Assembly: GCA_044342325.1 (NCBI GenBank)
Contig: JBIIPZ010000049.1
Span: forward strand, 1 to 18,596
Origin: Terrimicrobiaceae bacterium
Lineage (GTDB): Bacteria; Verrucomicrobiota; Verrucomicrobiia; Chthoniobacterales; Terrimicrobiaceae
DNA length: 18,596 nt
Direction: 5' to 3'
Made by a program: the position numbers and the translations under genes. Each line of letters begins with the position of its first letter. The stretch's first letter is position 1. A model generated the notes under the pieces. It made no database searches, was not told the origin of the DNA, and saw only the letters and a program-made list of their open reading frames with translations. This document shows positions 1-8,004 of this stretch, piece after piece.

Positions 1-126
1 GACGCCACCCTCGAAGCCCTATGCACCGAACTCAACGCCACAGAAATCTGCTATCCCGGCACCACCCTCCGCCTCGTCTACCGCCCAATCAGGTCATCCG
101 TTTTCCCGAGAGGTCAGGATGTCTGA
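1..126 (+). mobile_element. 3' end of a putative IS transposase (truncated by the window edge)
   Basis: Frame 1 reads DATLEALCTELNATEICYPGTTLRLVYRPIRSSVFPRGQDV* (TGA at 124-126). The LCxELNxTExxYPGTxLRLVY motif followed by a terminal RGQ(D/E)V* matches my recollection of the C-terminus of a family of long putative transposases whose stop codon falls in the element end. Absent from the ORF track because the start lies outside the window. Confidence 0.65.
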
Positions 127-157
127 GTCTATATTTTCTGGTTTGTTTCTGTTCTGA

Positions 158-3100
158 ATGAAAATCATCCCTTTCCTCATTGGCGCAAGTCTTCTCTCGG
201 CCTTGATCCCCGCGCATAGTCAAGACACACTGGAATTCAGCGCACCCGAATGTGCTGGCCTGAGCGGTTTCCGGGCGCACTGGGATGCCGCAATTCCCGT
301 GTCGCCGACCGGCGCAAGAATCAGCAAGGATGCCGTAGTCAAGGATCGTGGACAGACGGCCGTGTGGGATGGAGTGAATCCCGGCCCACTCGCTTTTGAC
401 GCGGTGCACCGCAATCTTCTGGTCCGCTTTCCAGGGGCGGCGGAACAGATCGCAAAAGCTCTTGCCTCCGGAAAAAGCATAGAAAAAGTCGAGTTGGTTC
501 TTCCTTATCTGGACGAGGAGATATGGCCTCAAGGAGGCACCGAATGGCCCGTCGCCGACGGCTATCGCTACCGCATGAACTGGAATTGCGATGTTTATTA
601 CCGCGGCGAGGTTCGGAAGGAAACCCTTGAGAAAACACCGCTGGCTGCCTATCGCGAGGAGCGTCCGAACTGGCACGCAGTGGCCCATGTGCTCAGGAAA
701 CCTTGGCAGGCGGGCGGAGATACAGCCCCGACTTACAATGCCGCCATCCAAGGCGCTGTCTATTGGAAGCGCTTCGGCGCCTCGGATGATCAAGAAGACA
801 GATTCCCCAACCAACTCGGCCCGGTGGAGGTTTCCTCCTACAAGCCTGATGGCCGCATGGATGTCACCGCTGTCGTGAAAGATGAGGCCTATGGGAAAAC
901 CCTCAGCGACCGCCTGCGACTTCTCTCGGATACGGGCTTTCTGATTGCGAAAGAAGAGGTGTATGATGCTCGCTATCATGACGGTTGCTATGAATGGGCC
1001 GGTTCTACGGGACCGCGCGCGATTTTAATTCAGCAACCTAAACTGGTTGTCACCTTCGCATCCGCAAAGCCTCAAAATGTAAAACTCCCTCCTGCGGCGG
1101 ATGTCCCGGCCATTGCACTAAAGCAAAAGGACGCCCCGCTCGGAGCGCCAACCGCCGTGGTGCCGACCCGCCAGGAGGTCTCAAGGATGAATGAGAAATT
1201 CCAAGCGAAACCCTCTTGGATGCCTGAGTGGCAGTATGTGCATGTCAAGCAGCTCCTGACACTGGAGAATAATGGAAAGCCGAAACCGTTCTATTATGGA
1301 GTCATGCCAGCTCATGTCGTTCAAGATGTCATTCGCAAGCTCAAGGCCAAAGCGGGCAAGGATGCGGAAGTGCCTCAAGAGGATATTGATTACGCCGTCT
1401 ATCTGGCTTGGTTGGACTGGATTCATGGACGCCCTCCACGATTCTTTGAAGGCCATCTCACTGCGGCCAACAACATCACCGAGTGGTATAATTTTAAAGA
1501 TGCGATGCCTGCGCCCGTTCAGGAGTCAGTGATACGCAGCTGGAACGCTTGGCTCATGCCCGATCGCGAGACGGCCATGACCGACAAGGAGCGCCAGGAT
1601 TTCACCAACACCACCGGCCAGTTGGTCCACCCCATGGCAGACGATCCCCGCGTCGGGCGCGACCCAAGCGGCAAGCAAGCCGTCTGGGGACAGGGTGACA
1701 CCTATTACAGGACCACCGGGGACTGGCGCGGCAACAAGAGCTATTACCGCTCCGGATTCACCCGCATGATAAGCACCGCGAATTTCAATAGCAGTGCGGC
1801 CTCCGGAGCCCTGCTCAACGGCCAGATCATTGGCTCGCAGCACGCGATCGAGGATGGCCGCGCCGGGTTGATGGCTTTTCCCTTTTGGATGTGGACATGG
1901 GGCGCGGGACTGGGGCAGGAATACATCGACCATTATTATTGGTCGATCGCCTCCGCCGGTAACAAGCTCTTCGCCGACTTCTGTGAAGACCCTCAGGACA
2001 AGATGGCGGGCTGGAGCATCATTCAAAAAACATCCAACGACCTGGCAATGGCGTTCCATCCCAATCTTAAGAAACTGATAGGCCCCGCCAGCCGCACCTA
2101 CTACGAACATGTCCTCGGCCAGCAGGACGGCCTCTACCACATCCTGCACACGCTTTCCAAGAAGGGCGCCCTGTCGGATGTCGCTACCGGAACACTCCCC
2201 GCCCTGACCAACCCGGTTCCCGACGCCAATGGCAAGCTTCCCAAACCCATCAACGCTTGGGGACACGATTACCCGCCAATGCAGGTCGCCTTGAACAGCT
2301 TGTCTGGACCTTGGGGCGACGAGTGGATGAGCGAATGGATCGATGAGAAGCCGCTCCCGTGGCGCGCAATGGCCGAGAAAAAGGTCACTTCTGAAGGCGA
2401 TTGGGTGACGACCTACTTCGGTGAAAACTATGGCCTTTCGAGCATTCGAAAAACAGGTCAACGCATCCATGTGCTCGGGCAGTGGCGCCGCAAGTCGGAG
2501 TCCCCTTCCAGCATGCGCGATATCGGCACGCTCGACATGCGCGTGGGATTCAACCAGACCCAAATTGGAAGCGACAGCGACGGGATTATCACCGCGCAGG
2601 GCACTTATCGCACCTATCAATTCGACAACAAGCTGATCATGCTCGCCAAGCCAGACCCAAAGGTCATCAGCGAGCGAGCGAAGGAGTTCCCTTTCGGCAG
2701 GAGAAAACTGCCCGCGCAGGAGATCAAGAGCGTCCAGTGCACGGCCGCCCTTTTCAACTTTGAGGAACCGGCGCCGAAGTGGGAAATCTTTGTGGACGGC
2801 CAGAGGGTGGAAAGCCTTCCTGCCACGGCAAAGTCCGGCCAAGTGATCACAATCCGGGACGGAGTGACCTACCTCGCGATCCGCCCGCTCCCGACCGATG
2901 ATCTCGGGCGCAATGCCGACATCACGCTCGAAGCCGGCCAACCCCAAACCCAGTGCAACCACGAATCCACTAACATTCAACCCGCACTCCTCATCCACTC
3001 CAACTTCTACAGGAAGGACGAGGCGATTCCCCAGGATGCGCTTGCCAGGCTCAAGGATGCCACCTCGGGCTTCATCGTGGAAATGGGCGATGAAAAGGAA

Positions 3101-3793
3101 TACGGCAGCTTTGAAAAGTTCCAGGCCCACATCCGCGAGGCCAAACTGAGCGGCGCCAAGGGAGAGATAGACTATCAGAGCGGCAAAGAAAGAATGGTTG
3201 CGACCTGGGACAAATTCACAGCGAACGACAAGGACCCTTATGCCGACGCCAAGGATCAGAACCTCATGCAGGACACGACACTCTCACAAATGGGCCGGCG
3301 GAATCTGGAGAAGGGCGGTGCGGTCGTGGAACGCGGCGATCTGAATCCCGAGCTCCCGCTCCTGCTGCAGACATTCCCGAAACAGAAGATCTACGTCGCG
3401 GCAAACATGCTACCCAACTACCTCCCCTTCAGCTTCCGTGAACCGGGAGGCGTGACAATCGTCGCAGATGGAATCTGCTCGATGGGCCGCTGGGCTGTAA
3501 AGGACTCGCAAGAGATCGACATCAAATATACTCCCTTCGGCGACAACTATCGCTCCGAAGCGGAACAGAAGCATCCGCTAGCAACCCTGCTCTTCGTGAG
3601 CGGGACAAAGCAGAAACCCAAGGTAACCCTCAACGAAAAGGACATCACTGGCGACATCAAGGCCTGGAATCAAGGAGACACCGAGGGTTGGCTCGTGCCG
3701 CTGGGACAAGGCTTCCCGAAGGATGATGAGATTTCCAACCGGTTAAACGAAACAGCGGCCCTCGTGGCCAAGAAAACAGCACAAAATCGTTGA
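158..3793 (+). CDS. Large secreted protein of unknown function, 1211 aa; candidate carbohydrate-active enzyme
   Basis: Long uninterrupted ORF. Sec-type signal peptide MKIIPFLIGASLLSALIPAHS|QD. Rich in Trp/Tyr. The C-terminal half shares colinear blocks with the 4777..6741 product. Lies in a sugar-catabolism context. Function is inferred only. Confidence 0.85.
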   Translation: MKIIPFLIGASLLSALIPAHSQDTLEFSAPECAGLSGFRAHWDAAIPVSPTGARISKDAVVKDRGQTAVWDGVNPGPLAFDAVHRNLLVRFPGAAEQIAKALASGKSIEKVELVLPYLDEEIWPQGGTEWPVADGYRYRMNWNCDVYYRGEVRKETLEKTPLAAYREERPNWHAVAHVLRKPWQAGGDTAPTYNAAIQGAVYWKRFGASDDQEDRFPNQLGPVEVSSYKPDGRMDVTAVVKDEAYGKTLSDRLRLLSDTGFLIAKEEVYDARYHDGCYEWAGSTGPRAILIQQPKLVVTFASAKPQNVKLPPAADVPAIALKQKDAPLGAPTAVVPTRQEVSRMNEKFQAKPSWMPEWQYVHVKQLLTLENNGKPKPFYYGVMPAHVVQDVIRKLKAKAGKDAEVPQEDIDYAVYLAWLDWIHGRPPRFFEGHLTAANNITEWYNFKDAMPAPVQESVIRSWNAWLMPDRETAMTDKERQDFTNTTGQLVHPMADDPRVGRDPSGKQAVWGQGDTYYRTTGDWRGNKSYYRSGFTRMISTANFNSSAASGALLNGQIIGSQHAIEDGRAGLMAFPFWMWTWGAGLGQEYIDHYYWSIASAGNKLFADFCEDPQDKMAGWSIIQKTSNDLAMAFHPNLKKLIGPASRTYYEHVLGQQDGLYHILHTLSKKGALSDVATGTLPALTNPVPDANGKLPKPINAWGHDYPPMQVALNSLSGPWGDEWMSEWIDEKPLPWRAMAEKKVTSEGDWVTTYFGENYGLSSIRKTGQRIHVLGQWRRKSESPSSMRDIGTLDMRVGFNQTQIGSDSDGIITAQGTYRTYQFDNKLIMLAKPDPKVISERAKEFPFGRRKLPAQEIKSVQCTAALFNFEEPAPKWEIFVDGQRVESLPATAKSGQVITIRDGVTYLAIRPLPTDDLGRNADITLEAGQPQTQCNHESTNIQPALLIHSNFYRKDEAIPQDALARLKDATSGFIVEMGDEKEYGSFEKFQAHIREAKLSGAKGEIDYQSGKERMVATWDKFTANDKDPYADAKDQNLMQDTTLSQMGRRNLEKGGAVVERGDLNPELPLLLQTFPKQKIYVAANMLPNYLPFSFREPGGVTIVADGICSMGRWAVKDSQEIDIKYTPFGDNYRSEAEQKHPLATLLFVSGTKQKPKVTLNEKDITGDIKAWNQGDTEGWLVPLGQGFPKDDEISNRLNETAALVAKKTAQNR

Positions 3794-3994
3794 CTATGAT
3801 CCCCACAGCCCTCACACACCATTCAAATTTGATTTTTTCCCATGAAAACCCAAGAAAAAATGATTAAAACAGCCTCTCCTTTTGAACAGAACGCAACGCT
3901 TGTTTATTACTCCATCGTGCCGCAGAAAAAATCGAATTTTTGGCAAGCAGGGCAACTGCGACCAAGCGCAGCAACCTGCGCCTTAAACCCAATT

Positions 3995-4780
3995 ATGAAA
4001 TTGATTATGAAACTTCCATTGTTCCTGTGTTTGTTGATGACATCGATTGCCACTGCTACGGAGGATGTCGGGGACCCTGTGGTCTGGATGGACGCTGGTT
4101 CGGGCATCGAAGCCGATGGAAAGGCGCTCATATCATGGCAAAGCCGAAATGGGGCCTACATAGCCACCCCGCCGGAGGATGCCTCAGGCCCCGAACTCCT
4201 TCCCGATGGCATCGCGGGGAAACCTGCGATCCAGTTCGGAGGCAGCGCCTATCTGTCTGGCCCTCTGACTGAGGAACTCGGAGAGGAAGCCACTTTTATT
4301 GCTGTTGTTGACATTCCATCCGGCGAGCAATCGGGAAATGTCGGAATCATGATGCTGTCCTACACCTATGGTTTGTCGGTGAACCAAGATAAACATCCCT
4401 TTTATTCCATGTTCACTTATTGGCCGAAGATGTTGGAAAAATATGGCGAGGAAAAGGCGCTTCCTGTGCGTGGTGGCAACCTGCGGGCGGAAAAAAACAT
4501 CGGTTTTGATGGCCCCAGCATCGTGACAGTCGTTTGTGGAGCCGAAAAATCAACGATCCATGTGAACGGCTCTCCAGTGGCTGATGTCGACCTCGGGATA
4601 TTCGCAAAACCGAGAAAAGGCGAACAACTCGGCTTGGGTGCGAATGGCGGAAAAAGGTCGAAACCAATGACGGGCAAGATCGCAGAAGCCCTTCTCTACA
4701 ACGAGGCCCTGTCTCCTGAAAAGCGGACAGCAGTTGAGAAATCCCTCGCCGCAAAATACAAAGTGCAACTCTCGCATTGA
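3995..4780 (+). CDS. Secreted LamG-like jellyroll (concanavalin A-like lectin/glucanase) domain protein
   Basis: The start is more likely ATG 3995 or 4007 than 3842, because a signal peptide MKLPLFLCLLMTSIATA follows. LamG-like motifs: VWMDAG..SWQS, GIAGKPAIQFGG, TFIAVV, IHVNG, GKIAEALLYNEALSPEKRTAVEKSLAAKY. Confidence 0.8.
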   Translation: MKLIMKLPLFLCLLMTSIATATEDVGDPVVWMDAGSGIEADGKALISWQSRNGAYIATPPEDASGPELLPDGIAGKPAIQFGGSAYLSGPLTEELGEEATFIAVVDIPSGEQSGNVGIMMLSYTYGLSVNQDKHPFYSMFTYWPKMLEKYGEEKALPVRGGNLRAEKNIGFDGPSIVTVVCGAEKSTIHVNGSPVADVDLGIFAKPRKGEQLGLGANGGKRSKPMTGKIAEALLYNEALSPEKRTAVEKSLAAKYKVQLSH

Positions 4781-6741
4781 GCGGAGCGCCGCCAGAGATT
4801 CAGGATAAACCAATCTCCGCGAACCACTTGAATAAAGGTAAAAACAAAACATTGATCCCTTGTTTGGAGCGCCGACTCTCCTATTTGGAGTGTCTTTCCC
4901 GCATCGATTGGGGCACACCATCCGGCTTCGGAGGCCGCACATGCTACCAAGCGATCCCTTGCTTGGAAATGGAACGCCTCGGTAAGGAGGTCGAAATTTT
5001 CCGCTGGGAGTGGATCGACTATTCTTTGGATTTACTCCGGCAGCGAAAGGATTGTCAGGATTTCGTCATGGTCGGTTTGGTGCGGATTCTTCACCGTTAC
5101 GAATCCTCGCGCATTCTCACTCCCGGGCATCGCAAAACCATTCAATCCGTCCTTCTGTCCGCCAAATTCTCCGAAAAAGATCCGGGCGAGGATGGATGCT
5201 GCTGGCTTACGGAAAACCACCAGATCCAGTATCTGAGTTCAGAATTTCTGACAGCCCAGTTGTTTCCGAATAAGGTTTTTCAAAACACTGGGCAACCGGC
5301 ATCCTGGCATCAGAAACGAGCCCGAGAGCCGCTTCTGCGTTGGCTGGAGTGGCGCATGCGCTTTTCGTTTTCAGAATGGAACTCCAGTTGCTACTACGAC
5401 GAGGATGCCGCAGCCCTGCTCAATCTTGCCGAGTTTTCCAAGGATCAAGAAGTCCGTGAATCAGCCGACTCCGTGCTACAAAGCCTCTTCCTCCACGTGG
5501 CCCTCAACAGCCTGGGAACCATTCCCGGAGGAAGCCGTGGGCGCGCCTATTTGGATGACCAAATCTTCCCTGCGGAATCGCCCATGGGAATTCTCTCCGA
5601 ACTGCTCCACGGCCACGGCGTCCCGCCTTCCCGAGTCGGACTCGCAGCCGTTCTTCTTGCAGCGGGCGAATTTTCCCTGGATGCCGCGGTGCACGCCATC
5701 GGGGCGGATCGCCCATTAGAACTCGAAAACCGCGAGCGTCACGGACTGGATGCCGAAGAATCCTCCTCCTTCGGCATCTCACCAGAAAATCTGGATGACT
5801 ATCCCTTCTTCTGCGGATCAGGAATGGATCAGCACCATCTCGTCACCGATACGCGCTACCGGTATTTTGAGGGGAAAGAAAAATGGCCGGGCTACTTCTA
5901 CTCCGGGGAATATTTTTCAAAATGCAAGCGCGAGGGCATTCCTTTTAACACGATGGCGATTCCCTACGCCCTGTCCCGCGCGGAAGTTTATACCTTCCGC
6001 ACGCCGGATTACCTCCTCGGGTGCGCACAGGCCTACCGCCCCGGTGCGCCGGGCTACCAGCAGTTCATTTGGTCTGCCACTCTGGGTGAGCGGGCGGTGG
6101 TCTTCACAAACAATCCCGCTCCCGCCGATGCAGCCTACGGCCGGCCGGGTCCTTGGGTTGGCCATGGAGTGCTCCCCAAGGTCATCCAGCATCGCAATGT
6201 GCTGATTGCCATTCACCGCGTGCGCCCCTGTCCGATTTACGACCAACCGCCGTGGTATCGCGAGGACCGCGTGCATGCTTATTTTCCCAGAGGGCTTTTT
6301 GATGAGGTTGTGGACTCAGGCGCATGGTGTTTCGGCCGAAAGAAGGAGGCGTTCATCGCATTGCGTTCGCTCTCGGAGGCCCAGTGGATGCCCGCTGGTG
6401 ACCTTGCGGAACGACTCGGAACCGATCAACCCTACGAATGGAATGTGGACTCCACGGATGTTGTCTGGATTTGTGAAATGGGAAGCCCCGCATCGCATGG
6501 AAGCTTTGAAAAATTCATCCAAGCCGTTTCCGGGGCCGCTGCGGAAGGTAACATCGACCATGTCGTTTACGACTCCCCGAGCCTGGGCCGCGTGGAAACA
6601 GGCTGGGAGGTTGGTTTGACTATTTCGGGAGCAAACATTCCAATTCGGGATTACCCGCGTTTTTCGAATCCATACGGCGAAACACCCTTCGGTAGCCAAC
6701 GCATCAAGATTCACTGCGGCGACAAGCAAACCACCCTTTGA
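4777..6741 (+). CDS. Hypothetical protein, up to 654 aa; possible helical-toroid plus beta-sandwich (heparinase II/III-like) enzyme
   Basis: Long ORF in operon orientation. The start is uncertain: TTG 4777 overlaps the upstream TGA, and TTG 4852 is an in-frame alternative. No signal peptide. Motif-like blocks RKDCQDF..LVR, WLTENHQI, FSEWNSSCYY, GRAY and ICEMG..GSFEKF. The fold assignment is inference. Confidence 0.8.
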   Translation: MSGAPPEIQDKPISANHLNKGKNKTLIPCLERRLSYLECLSRIDWGTPSGFGGRTCYQAIPCLEMERLGKEVEIFRWEWIDYSLDLLRQRKDCQDFVMVGLVRILHRYESSRILTPGHRKTIQSVLLSAKFSEKDPGEDGCCWLTENHQIQYLSSEFLTAQLFPNKVFQNTGQPASWHQKRAREPLLRWLEWRMRFSFSEWNSSCYYDEDAAALLNLAEFSKDQEVRESADSVLQSLFLHVALNSLGTIPGGSRGRAYLDDQIFPAESPMGILSELLHGHGVPPSRVGLAAVLLAAGEFSLDAAVHAIGADRPLELENRERHGLDAEESSSFGISPENLDDYPFFCGSGMDQHHLVTDTRYRYFEGKEKWPGYFYSGEYFSKCKREGIPFNTMAIPYALSRAEVYTFRTPDYLLGCAQAYRPGAPGYQQFIWSATLGERAVVFTNNPAPADAAYGRPGPWVGHGVLPKVIQHRNVLIAIHRVRPCPIYDQPPWYREDRVHAYFPRGLFDEVVDSGAWCFGRKKEAFIALRSLSEAQWMPAGDLAERLGTDQPYEWNVDSTDVVWICEMGSPASHGSFEKFIQAVSGAAAEGNIDHVVYDSPSLGRVETGWEVGLTISGANIPIRDYPRFSNPYGETPFGSQRIKIHCGDKQTTL

Positions 6742-6769
6742 AATTCCCGCACACCACCCATCTGAAATC

Positions 6770-7984
6770 ATGAAAACAAGAGTTGATGTGGCACTTGTTG
6801 GAATCGGCGGGTATGGCGCACACAATCTGGAGATGGTCCGCCGATTGGAGGCTGAAGGTCGTGTGCGCTTGAACGCAGTCATCGATCCGATGGCCGAAAA
6901 GAGTCCCGATTGGCCGGAACTCGCGGCGAAGAGTGTTCCCGCTTTCAAGACACTGACAGAATTCAATACGGCCGGTTTGTCTTCCGATCTGGCCGTCATC
7001 TCCTCACCGATCGCCTTCCACGCGAGTCAAACCTGCGAAGCACTGGGCTTGGGAATGAATGTGCTTTGCGAGAAGCCGATGGCAGCAACGATCCAGGATG
7101 CCCTCACAATGCAGGCGGCTCGCAATGCCTCCGGGAAGTTTCTCGAAATCGGCTTCCAATGGTCGTTTGGCCAATCCATTCAGCGACTGAAGAGTCATAT
7201 CCTTGCCGGTCGTCTTGGGGCACCGCTCCGGCTCATGACTCGGGTCGCTTGGCCCCGCACGAACGCCTACTATGCCCGCAATTCCTGGGCGGGTCGTCTG
7301 CGCGATGAATCAGGGCGCTGGGTTCTCGACAGCCCGGTGAACAACGCCACGGCCCACTTTCTGCACAACATGCTTTTTGTGCTTGGCACCTCAATGGATC
7401 GCTGCGCCACACCGGTATCCGTTACGGCCGAGGCCTACCGGGCAAATCCCATTGAGAACTACGATGCGGCCTGTTGCCGCGTGGAAACGCAGGAAAATGT
7501 CGACCTGCTCTTCTTCACCGCGCATTGCGTGGATGAAACAGCCGGCCCGATCTTCCAGTTCCTCTTTGAAAACGCAACGGTGGAACTGAGCGAGAACGGC
7601 CACATCACTGCGCGTTTTCAAGATGGAAGCGAAGTGGACTATGGCCATCCGGAAAGTGATCCCCTCTGCAAATTGATCCATTGTGTCGATCAATGTTTCA
7701 ATGAGACCGCCTCTTCCCCGCTCTGCGGACCGGAAGCGGCCATGGGCCATGTCCTTTGCGTGAATGGCATTCAGCAAACACCCATTCACGAATTCGATCC
7801 AAAATGGATCGAACGCCGCACTCAAACCGGAGGCGAAACCCTCACTTTTGTCTCAGGTCTCAATGAAGCCATGAAACAGGGCGTGGAGCGGTCACTTCTT
7901 TTCTCCGAAATGCAGCTGCCGTGGGCCCGCCCTGCCATGCGAATCCCGCTCACGGACTATGTCCACTATCCCTCCAACCGATAA
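6770..7984 (+). CDS. Gfo/Idh/MocA family NAD(P)-dependent oxidoreductase
   Basis: Rossmann motif VALVGIGGYG, ISSPIAFH, family signature VLCEKPMA, and NNATAHFLH in the catalytic region. Confidence 0.93.
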   Translation: MKTRVDVALVGIGGYGAHNLEMVRRLEAEGRVRLNAVIDPMAEKSPDWPELAAKSVPAFKTLTEFNTAGLSSDLAVISSPIAFHASQTCEALGLGMNVLCEKPMAATIQDALTMQAARNASGKFLEIGFQWSFGQSIQRLKSHILAGRLGAPLRLMTRVAWPRTNAYYARNSWAGRLRDESGRWVLDSPVNNATAHFLHNMLFVLGTSMDRCATPVSVTAEAYRANPIENYDAACCRVETQENVDLLFFTAHCVDETAGPIFQFLFENATVELSENGHITARFQDGSEVDYGHPESDPLCKLIHCVDQCFNETASSPLCGPEAAMGHVLCVNGIQQTPIHEFDPKWIERRTQTGGETLTFVSGLNEAMKQGVERSLLFSEMQLPWARPAMRIPLTDYVHYPSNR

Positions 7985-8004
7985 TCCCATTTGAAACTCT
8001 CATT

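Noticed and set aside
1526..3130. 534-aa minus-strand ORF (also 89..979)
   Set aside because: Antisense shadow of the 1211-aa gene with no recognisable motifs; expected from codon bias in GC-rich genes.
3842..3994. 51-aa N-terminal extension of the LamG ORF
   Set aside because: It would bury the signal peptide, and the region is AT-rich with regulatory-looking repeats.
7921..8004. Upstream start for the GH2 gene
   Set aside because: Overlaps the oxidoreductase gene by 64 nt; ATG 8005 fits operon spacing.
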